Shown: positions 50,202-61,462 of the stretch, piece after piece
How positions within the stretch are numbered: the stretch's first letter is position 1
Layout of the letters: every line of letters begins with the position of its first letter
Origin: Octopus vulgaris
Taxonomy: Eukaryota
Direction of reading: 5' to 3'
Assembly (NCBI GenBank): GCA_951406725.2
Contig: OX597830.1
Location: 8,928,001-8,992,000, forward strand
DNA: 64,000 nt
Program-made: the position numbers and the translations under genes
Notes under the pieces: generated by a model
Told to the model about the DNA's origin: nothing
The model's input: the letters and a program-made list of their open reading frames with translations, nothing else
Databases searched by the model: none

Positions 50202-50874
50202 TTCCAGTACCTGTAACAGATGATTCTCAGCTGCCAAAGATATAAATATATGTTTATGCAGCAGTAGTATTAGTAGTAGTAGTGGGGTAAGTGAGCATGG
50301 GTATCAAACATGGTTGATATGAAGAGGAAAAAAAAAGGGTGTGGGTACCACTTGTAAGGTGTCAACAGGTACCCCCTTTACCAAAAACATTATCTGGGGG
50401 TGTAATTTCTTAAGCACCGTCTTCAGATTACTCATCAGGTAAAATGTTAAATATCTGAGAGGTGGAACACTGGTTGTGGGGGTGATTTACTTTGGTGTGG
50501 GTGGGGTACCAGAATTGTGGTAAAAGATGGGTTGGTGTTGATACATTAGCGGGGTTGGGGTGAGTTAAAGTAGGGGTGATGTGAGTATAAAAGTGCTTAT
50601 GGGTGGGTACAGTGAATGAGGGTGGCAGTGCACTAGGTATGGGGTGTATTAAGGGTAGGTGAGAAAATGGGTGGCAGTGGGTGGGTGCTGTTAAAGTGAT
50701 TGTAGTGGGGTATAGTGGGTACACAATGTGTGGTTTTGTGGGCAAGAGTGGGGTACAGTAGATGAGGGTGTCCTGAGAGAGAGAGAGAGAGAGAAAAATG
50801 ATAAATACATTGACAAATAGATACATATACAGAGAGATAAAAGTATAAAAAGATAGCCGGACAAACGGACAGAC

Positions 50875-50917
<43 letters not shown>

Positions 50918-51624
50918 CAGACAGATACATAGATAGATAGGCAGAGAGACAGACAGATAGATACATAGACAGATACATAGATAGATAGATAGACAGACAG
51001 ATTGACAGGAAGATAAAGAGATAGATGGACAGATAGACAGGTAGATAGGTAGATATAAGGGGTCAGCGAAGGTGTTACAGTAAGTGGGTGCACAATGTGT
51101 GTCTGTGTGTGTGTGAGGGGGGGGGGTTAAAGAACACCTATTACTGAAATTAATCTTCAAAATATGAAGAGATTATTTCTTCTTTGTTGTTGTTACTGCC
51201 ATAGTAGTTGTGGTGGTTGTCATAGTAGTGATGGCTGTTACTGTAGTAGTAGTAGTAGTAGTAGTAATAGTAGTAGCAGCAGCAGTAGTTGTTATTCTTG
51301 CGGTAGTGGTGGTGTTACAGATTTCCATGTAGGAGTGATAGTGGTTGTTGTTCTGCCATCTGCTGTTGTTGTTGTTGTAGTTGTTTGTAATTTTACGAAA
51401 TTATTTATTTATATAGGTTTTCAATATTATTATCATAAATAGCTTAGTCATGTCACCATCACTACCCTACACCTCCACCCCCACTTCCTGACACCCCCCA
51501 GTCCCCCTACGTCCACCCCCGCCTTAACTTCTTACAAAAAAACAACAACAACCTGCTATTGGTAGAACACAATTAAAAACACATCAAATGGATCAAAGAA
51601 GAGGCGAGAGGTGGAGAAAGAGAG

Positions 51625-51975
51625 AAGAGTACTCCCACCATCACCACTATCATCATCATCACCAATGCCATCATCATCATCATCACCACCTTATTGATCC
51701 TCATCACCATTATTATCACCACTACCATCATTATCAACATCATCATCATTATTACCATCATAGTTATCAGCATTATTACCCCTGCCAACACCACCGCCAC
51801 CCTCATCATTGTCATCAACAACATTACAACCATTGTTGTTGTTGTTGTCATAGTTATTCATCAACAACATCATAGCAATCCTCCTCTGCATCATCATCAT
51901 CATTGTCAACATCATCACTGCTGCCACAGCCATCGTCTCATCCATCAACGAATGCCACCACCACCACCACCACTG
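51625..51975. repeat. (CAT/CAC)n trinucleotide-derived low-complexity tract; similar at 15575-15800, 27735-27980 and 62990-63300
   Basis: Imperfect trinucleotide repeats giving poly-His/Ile/Met pseudo-ORFs. Confidence 0.9.
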
Positions 51976-52139
51976 CAATCACTACACACAAACTAATACC
52001 CCTAAAAGCAAAATGTCCACCACCCCACTTGATCCAGTGTGTGCAACAAGAAATGTCCCACCATTCAAATTATGGATCTGGGACGTGACATGATGTGACA
52101 TATCCTCCGGTTCCAACCGTGCTGCTATGGCTGCAAGTA

Positions 52140-52322
52140 GAGGCACATAGCTTAGTGGTTAGGGGTGTTGGACTCATGCTCATACGACTGTGGTTTCAAT
52201 TCCTGGACCGGGCGACGCGTTGTGTTCTTGAGCAAAACACTTCATTTCACGTTGCTCCAGTCCAATCAGTCGGCAAAATGAAGTAATCCTATGATGGATT
52301 GGTGTCCCATTCAAGTGGGGAA
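52140..52322 (+). mobile_element. tRNA-derived SINE family D with V-domain-like body. Related heads at 39250-39487(-) and 48935-49307(-).
   Basis: tRNA-like head TAGCTTAGTGGTTAG..GGTTTCAATTCC, TTGTGTTCTTGAGCAAAACAC, and GATGGATTGGTGTCCC. Confidence 0.7.
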
Positions 52323-52769
52323 TATCTATCTATCTATCCGCTCAGTCGAAGTCGATTCTCGGTTACTTGATGGATCAGTGTCCTCCAGCCAGTTCTATCC
52401 TGGGCCGCTTCTTTCAGATTGGCTGTGTCCATTCCTGTGTCACTCTTGATGGTGTCAACCCTCATCGTCTGCTGCTCAATCCACACCCACCCTTTTTTCT
52501 CTGTTTCTTTGTTTTCTTGGTGAAGTAGTTATGGGGATTTTTCTCTTGATAATTTCATCCTTTATACTTCAGATGTTATTTTTCCTTTCTTTTCTTCTTG
52601 TAAAAATATGTTGTTACTAAAAACAAAAGTAACAAGTACCATAATATAAAATGATGTTTCATACGGGGGGGGGGGATAGCCAGGATTTCTGCCAGACAAC
52701 CTTTGACATGCACACATACTGTATTATGAGGTCAGATCAGGTAAGGTCAGGTGAGGGTCAGGCATCATT

Positions 52770-53080
52770 GCTGTGCATTGCTGCATTCAACATTTATCAG
52801 TATATTCCTGGGTCCTCTTGGGCATCCTCCTGGGCAGAATCCCAATCAGTTTCCATCTCCTCAAGATACTCCCTCATCTGCCACGACCATGTGGCATGTG
52901 GTCGACCAACATGAACCATTGACCTACTGGACCCTCAGTGAAGAGAACACAATAAGCAGGGTCTAACTCCGAAAATCAAGCAACATGGCCAAACAGCCTC
53001 AGCTGGTGCTTCCAAATCATACAAATAACCGGGTGCATTCCAGTCTCTAAGCAATCCTCATTATTTGTTGTCCATTTTCC
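52770..53080 (-). mobile_element. Decayed RTE-like LINE fragment
   Basis: Minus-strand ..QLRLFGHVA.. followed by a GRP-type motif; several stops. Confidence 0.5.
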
Positions 53081-53471
53081 AGACTGGCATGAGATGGATG
53101 CTTTGATAGGATCTGGCAAGCAGCAAAGTCAGGTAAAAGCAGAGTTAACAGTCTTGGAGTGCCTTTGGATGGCTAATATGTGTCTACTCATGGCTTGTTG
53201 GTTCAAATTTCAGCTTGCAACGCTAAGGGGTACTCAGCCACTTATATACATGTGTAACCTGATTGTGGTTCATTCGTTAAACTTCAATTCATTATGCTAG
53301 TGTAATTTTCTTCAGAAAAACCATTCATATGCGGACACATACATATATCTATATATCTATATATATCTATATATATATATATATATATATATCTAATGTA
53401 GGATAACATTTTTCCGAAAAAAATTTTATCAATGGCCAGCATATTAAAAAATACCTTTAAAGGTTAAATTA

Positions 53472-53761
53472 TAAACAACTTATAAATAAGGGCAAACGAA
53501 AAAATTTCTAATGCCAAATATGCCGAAAATTGGACATATTGTCCATTTACCATATAATTTTTTTTCCAGTATGCATGCTACTCGAAAAAAGTTCGACAGA
53601 AATCTCTAAAAAATTCCATTATTACCATATCGGACCGATTTCAGGGTTAGTTCAAAAAAGAACCCTCCCTTCGGGGAAAAAAATTATATGGTAAATATGT
53701 CCAATTTTCGGCATATTTGGCATTAGAAATTTTTTCGTTTGCCCTTATTTATAAGTTGTTT
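53472..53761. repeat. Near-perfect fold-back inverted repeat, arms about 90 bp
   Basis: AAACAACTTATAAATAAGGGCAAACGAAAAAATTTCTAATGCC.. / ..GGCATTAGAAATTTTTTCGTTTGCCCTTATTTATAAGTTGTTT. Confidence 0.92.
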
Positions 53762-53952
53762 TATATATATATATCTATGTATGTACATGTGTATATATAG
53801 GTGTGGCTGTGTGGTAAGAAGCTTGCTTCTCAACCACATGGTTCTGGGTTCAGTTCCGTTGTGTGGTGCCAATTGTCTTCTACAATAGCGCCCAGCTGAC
53901 TAAAGGTTTGTGAGTGGATTTAGTGGACCGAAACTGAAAGAAACCTATCACA

Positions 53953-53985
<33 letters not shown>

Positions 53986-54588
53986 TGAGGGAGAGAAAGA
54001 AAGGAGGAGAGAGAGAGAGTGTGTGTTTGTTCCCCACCACAAGCTGACAACTCATGTTGGTTTCTTTACATACCCATAACTTAGCAGTTTGGCAAAAAGA
54101 GATTGATATAGGTTCCAGGATTAAAAGAAAAAAGAAATAAGTCCAGGGGTTGATTTGTTCAACTAATGGTGGTGCTCCAGCATGGTCACAGACTAATGAG
54201 TTAAACAAGTAAAAGATAAAAGATAAATATAGGCCGTGTGGTTAGAAGCTTGCTTCCCAACCACATGGTTCCGGGTTCAGTCTCACTGCATGGTGACACC
54301 TAGGGCAAGTGTCTTCTACTATAGCCTTGGGCCGACCAAAGCCATGTGAGTGAATTTGGTAGATGGAAACTGAAAGAAGCCCATTGTATTCTTTTATTTG
54401 TTTCAGTCAGTTGACTGTGACCATGCTGGAGCACCATTATTAGTTGAACAAATTGACCCCAGGACTGATTCTTTGTAAGCCTAGTACTTATTCTACCGGT
54501 CTCTATTGCCGAAATGCTAGATTACAGGGATGGAAACACACCAACATCGGTTGTCAAGTGATGGTGGGGGCACAAACACAGAACACAA

Positions 54589-54635
<47 letters not shown>

Positions 54636-55679
54636 GCTTCTTTCAGTTTCCATCTACCATATCCATTCACAAGGCTTTGATTGGCCCAAGGCTATAGTAG
54701 AAGACATTTGCCCAAGGTGCCACAGAGTGGAACTGAAACCAGGACTATGTGGTTGGTAAACAAGCTACTTACCGTATGTATTTGTGTGTTTGTGTTTGTC
54801 CCCCCACCCCACCATCGCTTGACAACTGATGTCGGTGTGTTTATGTCCCCGAAACAGTTCGGCAAAAGATACTGATCGAATAAGTCCTGGGGTCGATTAG
54901 TTCAACTAAAGACGGTGCTCCAGCATGGCTGAGACAAGTAAAAGAATAAAAGAAAAAAAGTAAGAATGTGTGTGTGTGTGAATGTACACACAATGCAATT
55001 TCATTCAAACTATAACAATTCCCACGCCCACCTGCCCCCTACAAACTTGTACTTTCGCACCCCACCACCTCCGCAACTACCACCCCACCCCTATATTTAA
55101 TAATCTGGAAACTAACAATACAAGAAGTATAAACAAACAAAACTGCCGTGAGAGAGAGAGAATGTGTCAATGTAATTAATCTCTCACCCCTCCCCCTACC
55201 TACCGTAGCCCCCACCCCTACCCCAACTTATAAACCTCGCTACAAATATATTCCTTTAAATATTTTGCTCTACCCCCAGTTTGAGGGGAAACTGTAACCT
55301 CACCTCTGCTTACAGATCTCACAACACACACTCCCTTTAAATGTATCGTGCAGGTATGGGCCCACTGGTTGAGAAGCTTGCTTGCTGACCATGTAGTTCT
55401 GGGTTCAGTCCCACTGTGTGATACCTTGCGAGCAAATGTCTTCTACTAAAGCGCCAGACTGGCCAATGCTCTGTGAGTGAAACTGACACACAGACACTGT
55501 GTGGAAAGCCAACATATGCATGTATGTATCAAAAAAAGAGACTAGAAAAATTTGGTATATTCTTAATACCATGTTACACACACACCTTTCTCTCTCTGAG
55601 ATATATATTGCTTACACATTGTGAGACTAATAACCTAACGCAGAACTCAATATATGTATTTCATCTATGTGTGTGAGTA

Positions 55680-55711
<32 letters not shown>

Positions 55712-56112
55712 CACACACACATAGGCATAGGAGTGGCTGTGTGGTAAGTAGCTTGCTTACCAACCACATGGTTCCGGGTTCAGTCCCACTGCATGGCAGT
55801 TTGGGCAAGTGTCTTCTACTATAGACTCAGGTGGACCAAAGCCTTGTGAGTGGATTTGGTTGATGGAAACTGAAAGAAGCCTATCATATATATATATATA
55901 TATATACGTGTGTGTGTGTATATGTTTGTCCCCCCAACATCACTTGACAACCGATGCTGGTGTGTTTATGTCCCTGTAATTTAGCGGTTTGGCAAAAGAG
56001 ACCAATAGATTAAGTACTAGGCTTACAAAGAATAAGTCCTGGGGACGATTTTCTCGACTAAAGGTGGTGCTACAGCATGGCCAGTCAAATGACTGAAACA
56101 AGTAAAAGAGTA

Positions 56113-56143
<31 letters not shown>

Positions 56144-57439
56144 AATACATACATATATGTATATAGCTTTAAACAAACAGGGTGGTCACAGTTGGAATAT
56201 CTCTGATCCAGTGTCTGCTCAGCCAAGGTTAAACAATGACAACAGCAACATCATCAATAACAACAAAAACATGCATCAAAACGTGGTTCTCCAGTGATGC
56301 GTGTAAATCTGAGGGTCAAAGAGCTAGCACAGTATCTGCCTAACTAAATCGGTTGAGCATCCAACATAGACATGATGATTTCAAATTTCAGCTCAAGGCC
56401 AGCAATTTTGTGGGGGAGGGGGGCAAGTGGATTACATCAACATCCTCACTTATTTTATTGACCCCAAATACATGAAAAATTGAAGTTGACCTTAGTGGGA
56501 TTTGAACCCAGAATGTAAAATCAGAAGAAATGCTGTTAAGCACTTTTTCTGGTGTGGTAATGATTCTGCCAGCTGCCACCTTTTAAACCCCAGTATGTAA
56601 CTGGTATTTATTTTGACCCTGAAGAGATGAAAGACAAAGTTAATCCCAGTGGGATTTGAACCCAGAACATAAAGTCAGAAGAAACTGCTGTTGAGCATTT
56701 TTCCAGTAAGGTAATGATTCTACCAGTTATACGATCCCTATTGATCGTCCCCACCTTTTTTTTTTTTTACAATCCCTTTTGATCAGAATTCGACTCTCCT
56801 TTTTCCTTCTCTTCTTCCCAAAAAGAAAAGCTCTACTTTGTACTTTGTCCCTTCTGTGTTCAGCCCTGTGTAGTCAATAAAGAAATCTATCTTCATAAAC
56901 CCTAGTATACAACTGGTACTTATTTAATTGACCCCAAAAAGATGAAAAAAAAAAAAAAAAGCCAACCCTGGTGACATTTGAACCCAGAACATAAAGTCAG
57001 ATGAAATGTCAGTAAAACCATTTTTTCCAGCATGCTAACGACTCTGCCAGCTTGCTGCCTCATCCAACACATATTGTCAATCAATATAACTACAAGTGTG
57101 GAATGGCAGAGTCGTGAGAGACAAAGTGCCTTGTGCTATTTAATCATGAAGCTTTATGTTCCGAGTTCAAATCCAACCAAAATCAAATTTGTCTTTTATT
57201 TGGGGGTGAGGGTGGGGTGGGGAAGAGGATGAGGGGGGGTGTCAATAGAATTATTAAAATTTTGTTTTTCTTTCTTTTTTTACTTGCTGAATCTGGAAGA
57301 AAGGACTGTGGCCATCACCTTCAAATTGCAACCGCCTCACCCCCCATCTAGATTGTTCCATCAATTAAATTAACCTCATTAATAGATTAGTATTTGACCA
57401 ATCAATCCACCCACCACATAGAAAAAAAAATGTGTCTAT

Positions 57440-57785
57440 ATGAGAGAAAGAGGAAGTGAGAGAGAAAAAGGAGAAAGTAAGAGGGTGAGAGAGGCTTAGA
57501 GAAGGGGGAGATGTAGAGACAAAGAGAGAAAATGTGGATGAAAGAGAAGGGGAAGAGATATAAAGAGATGAAATGGGAAAGGAAGAGAGAAAGAGAAAAG
57601 GAGAAAGAGAAAGGGAGAGAGAGAGAGAGAGAGAAAGGGAAAGAGAGAGAGAAAGAGAAAAGGAGAGAAAGGGAGAGAGAGAGAGAAAAGGAAAGAGAGA
57701 GAGAAAGAGAAAAGGAGAGAAAGGGAGAGAGAGAGAAAGGAGAGAGAGAGAAAGAGAAAAGGAGAGAAAGGGAGAAAGAGAGAGG
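57440..57785. repeat. Polypurine (GA/GAA)n low-complexity tract
   Basis: Almost exclusively G and A on the plus strand. Confidence 0.95.
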
Positions 57786-58249
57786 CAACTAAATTCAGAG
57801 GATTTAAATGCAGGAGAAAAACAAATTTCTCACAGAAGATTTTATTTTTTTTATTGAGAGCACACTACAAAATACAGAGGTAGCTTAATTAACCACAATT
57901 ACTGTGATGCTAATTATAGCAGATTAGCTTTAAGGCTAAGATTAAGGCTATAATGTGTACTGAGATTAGTTGTAAGGATTATCTACCAACATCACCACCA
58001 CCACTCCCATCATGACCATCACTACCATGTTTATAAACACTTCATTACTGATGGACAGTGAAACTGTTAATTACACACACACACACACTAACAAACATGT
58101 GGCTGTGTGGCAAGAAGTTATGTGATAGAAGACACTTGCTCAAGGTGCCACATCGTGGGACTGAACACAGAACCCTGTGGTTGGGAAGTAAGCTACTTAC
58201 CACACAGCCACAAGAAATATTTAAAGAAATTTAACAAAAATACCCATAA

Positions 58250-58650
58250 TAGGCACAGGAGTGGCTGTGTGGTAAGTAGCTTGTTTACCAACCACATGGT
58301 TCCGTGTTCAGTCCCACTGCGTGACACCTTGGGCAAGTGTCTTCTACTATAGCCTCGGGCCGACTAAAGCCTTGTGAGTGGATTTGGTAGACGGAATCTG
58401 AAAGAAGCCCGTCGTATATATGTATATATGTATGTGTGTGTATGTGTTTGTGTGTCTGTGTTTGTCCCCCTAGAATTGCTTGACAACCGATGCTGGTGTG
58501 TTTACGTCCCCATCACTTAGCGGTTCAGCAAAAGAGACCGATAGAATAAGTACTAGGCTTACAAAGAATAAGTTCCGGGGTCGATTTGCTCGACTAAAGG
58601 CGGTGCTCCAGCATGGCCGCAGTCAAATGACTGAAACAAGTAAAAGAGTA
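58250..58650 (+). mobile_element. tRNA-derived SINE family A, full-length representative. Other copies: 1171-1530(-), 4326-4740, 5685-5848, 5909-6295, 13310-13510(-), 16880-17100(-), 19225-19608(-), 22836-23190(-), 29755-30130, 41355-41740(-), 53798-54215, 55721-56110, 61478-61845, 62155-62525(-), 63555-63900(-).
   Basis: A-box TGGCTGTGTGG, B-box-like GTTCAGTCC, CCTTGGGCAAGT motif, internal (TA/TG)n, and 3' GACTGAAACAAGTAAAAGA; more than 15 similar copies in the window. Confidence 0.9.
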
Positions 58651-59529
58651 ATATAAATCCAGTCATATCATATGGATTCAATCATGAATATTTAATATGA
58701 AATATGTGTTTGATCAGGTCTGGTAAGCTGAGGGGCAGCACCAGACTCCAGTCTGATTCGGCATAGTTTCTACGGCTGGATGCCCTTCCTAACGCCAACC
58801 ACCCCGAGAGTGCAATGGGTGCTTTTATGTGCCATGGCTATGATTTCATTTGGCTTGATGGTTCTTCTTCTCAAGCAGAGCATATTGCTAAGGGTCCCAG
58901 TCATTTGTGAATTAATCATGCATCATCTTGTGGCTTCATGATTTCTGTAATGTGATTGTTTTTAGAAAGACATTGTAGGGTAGGTGTGAGAGGCTGGATC
59001 TGACCAGTTTGAACATAAAAAAAGGCAACATATTTAGTCTGTTTTAAATTCTAAAAGGGTTAATAGAAAGCGTTAGTTATATTACCTGGGTGTAATTATG
59101 TCTATATATCTCTGTTTGTGAATGTATATATATGTGTGTGTGTAAGTTTGTGTATGTGTATCTCTGCATGTTTGCACATCTTCGTAAGTATGCATCTGTG
59201 TATGCATGTGCATAGTTAACTATTTAACAGTTATCATCATCATCATTTAACGTTCCTGTTCCATGCAAGCATGGGTGGGAGAGTACCACAGGAGCTGGGC
59301 AGGATTTTTCCTGCTGGATGCCCTTCCTAACACTAATCACTCAGCAGAGTGGACTTAGTGCTTTTTATGTGGCATAAGCAAAGGTGAGGTCAGCTTTGGT
59401 AAGGTTTTTACAGCTGGATGCCCTTCCAGACACCAACCACTTTACAGTTTTCTTGTTAGGTGTGGCGGGGACACACAGCGCTTCTAGAACTCAATTTCGC
59501 TGATGTGGGTGGGTTTTCTTAAGAACTTT

Positions 59530-59992
59530 ATATCGCCAGACATCTTAGTCAATGGTCGTTTCCTCTGTGAGGCCCAACATCCTGAGATCGGTCCCTACCA
59601 CTTCATCCCATGTCTTCCTAGGTAGCCCTCTTCCACGGGTACCATCCACTTCCAGTGATCAGCACTTCTTTATGCAGCTGTCCTCATTCTTACACATCAC
59701 ATCTCCAAACCAATGTAGTCTTCTTTCTTGCTTGCTACATGTGATTCCTCTTATGCCCAACTTTTCTCTCAATACATTTGCACTTTGTTGTACATGTGCA
59801 CTGACGTTGCACATCCAACAGAGTATCCTACCTTCATTTCTCTCCAATCTATGCATGTCTTCTGCATTCGGAGCCAACATCTCGCTACCATAGAGTATAG
59901 CCGTTCGTACACAAGCATCATATAGTCTACCTTTCACTCTGAGAGAGAGAGCGAGGCCTCTTGTTGCCAACAGAGTTAATAGCTCTCTGAAC
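59530..59992 (-). mobile_element. RTE-clade LINE reverse transcriptase C-terminal fragment
   Basis: VKGRLYDACVRTAILYGSE...LERNEGRILCWMC...RRLHWFGDV, followed by a GR..RG.P..TW-like tail. Confidence 0.85.
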
Positions 59993-60871
59993 AATATCCT
60001 TATTAATGCACTGATGTGCATGTGTATATGCCAGTGTGTATATAGTCGACTAATATAAACAGTGTGTGTGTGTGTGTAGGTGTGAGTGTATATATAAATA
60101 TATATACATATATATGTTTTGTGAGAGAGTTGACTAATGTTAACTGGTGAGTATGTGTGTTTGTAAATCTGTGTTAGTGTGTGAATGTGTCTGTGTAAGT
60201 GTATGTATGTGCGTGTGGGTGTGTGTGAGTCCCTCTAAACCTCTAAATATGTCTGTATGTGTGTGTGTCTGTGCAAGTGTGTGTCTATGTCTGTGTGAGT
60301 ATGCAAGTATGTATGTCTGTCTGTGTGCGCGTGTGTAGATGTGTGCAAGTGTCTGTGTGTGTCTGTGTAAGTGTATGTCTGTGCGTGTGTGTCTGTGTGA
60401 GTCCCTCTAAACCTCATTATAATTTACAAATACTTCAAACAATTAATCATATTCATTTAAAAACCTGTCTGTCTGTCTGTTTGTCTGTGTCTGTGTGTCA
60501 CTCCAAATAGAAAAGATGGGAGGGAAGGGACCATATTTTAATAAAAAAAAAAAAGGATTTTTATATCTTTATAAATTTTTCTTAGTAATTTTTATATTTC
60601 TGTATTTCATTCCTCTATTTTCTTCTTTCTTCTCTCTCTTTTAATTCTCAGAAGACTTTCATTCCTTGTTTCTTTCATTCTCTCATTAAGATACTTCATT
60701 CCTTCTTCCATTGTCTCTTTCATTCTTTCAAATTTCTTTCATGATTTCCTTAATTTGTTCTCTTATTTTTCATTCATCATATTTTCCAGTTCATTATTTC
60801 CCTATTCATTCATTCACTCATTCATTCTTGCATTCATTTACTGGCTCATTCGCTCAATAATCTATTTATTT

Positions 60872-61462
60872 AAGGCGGCGAGCTGGCAGAAATGTTAGCA
60901 CGCCAGGTGAAATTGCGTAGCCGTATTTCGTCTGCCGTTACGTTCTGAGTTCAAATTCCGTCAAGGTCGCCTTTGCGTTTCATCCTTTCAGGGTCGATAA
61001 ATTAAGTACCTGTTACGCACTGGGGTCGATATAATCGACTTAATCCGTTTGTCTGTCCTTGTTTGTGGATAGTAAAGAAATAGGTATTTCATCTGTCTTT
61101 ACATTCTGAGTTCAATTTCTGCCAAGGTTGACTTTGCCTTTCATCCTTTCGGGGTCAATAAATCAAGTACCAGATGTGTACTGGAGTCAATCTAATCGAC
61201 TGGCCCCCATTCCCAAATATTTCGGGCCTTGTGCCTAGAGTAGAAAAGAATATCTTAAGGCAGCGAGCTGGCAGGAACATTGGCATGCCGGACAAAATGG
61301 TATTTTGTTTGTCTTTATGTTCTGAGTTCAAATTCTGCCGAGGTCAACTTTGCCTTTCATCCTTTCAGGGTCATATAAGTACCAGTTGTGTACTAGAGTC
61401 GATCTAATCAACTGGCCCCCAACCCCAAAATTCAGGCCTTGTGCCTAGAATAGAAAAGAATA
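60872..61462 (+). mobile_element. tRNA-headed Meta/MESC-domain-like SINE family C, three tandem copies here. Others: 4092-4312(-), 15910-16143(-), 20150-22020 cluster(-), 25020-25472, 30190-30421(-), 34534-34938(-), 37797-38130, 39545-39780(-), 56385-57060(-).
   Basis: GGCGAGCTGGCAGAA head, GAGTTCAAATTCC B-box, and central GCCTTTCATCCTTTCGGGGTCGATAAATTAAGTACCAG, which resembles the MetaSINE/MESC domain. Confidence 0.85.

Noticed and set aside
51588-51996. His-rich ORF resembling a histidine-rich protein (also 27537-27923 and 62919-63155)
   Set aside because: Imperfect (CAT)n repeats open in several frames, with no splice or domain evidence
57402-57857. RE/KE-rich ORFs
   Set aside because: Polypurine low-complexity tract
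60872-60972. tRNA-like sequences (also 49240-49305, 52140-52210 and 58250-58322)
   Set aside because: These are SINE heads that continue into repeat bodies and lack a complete cloverleaf
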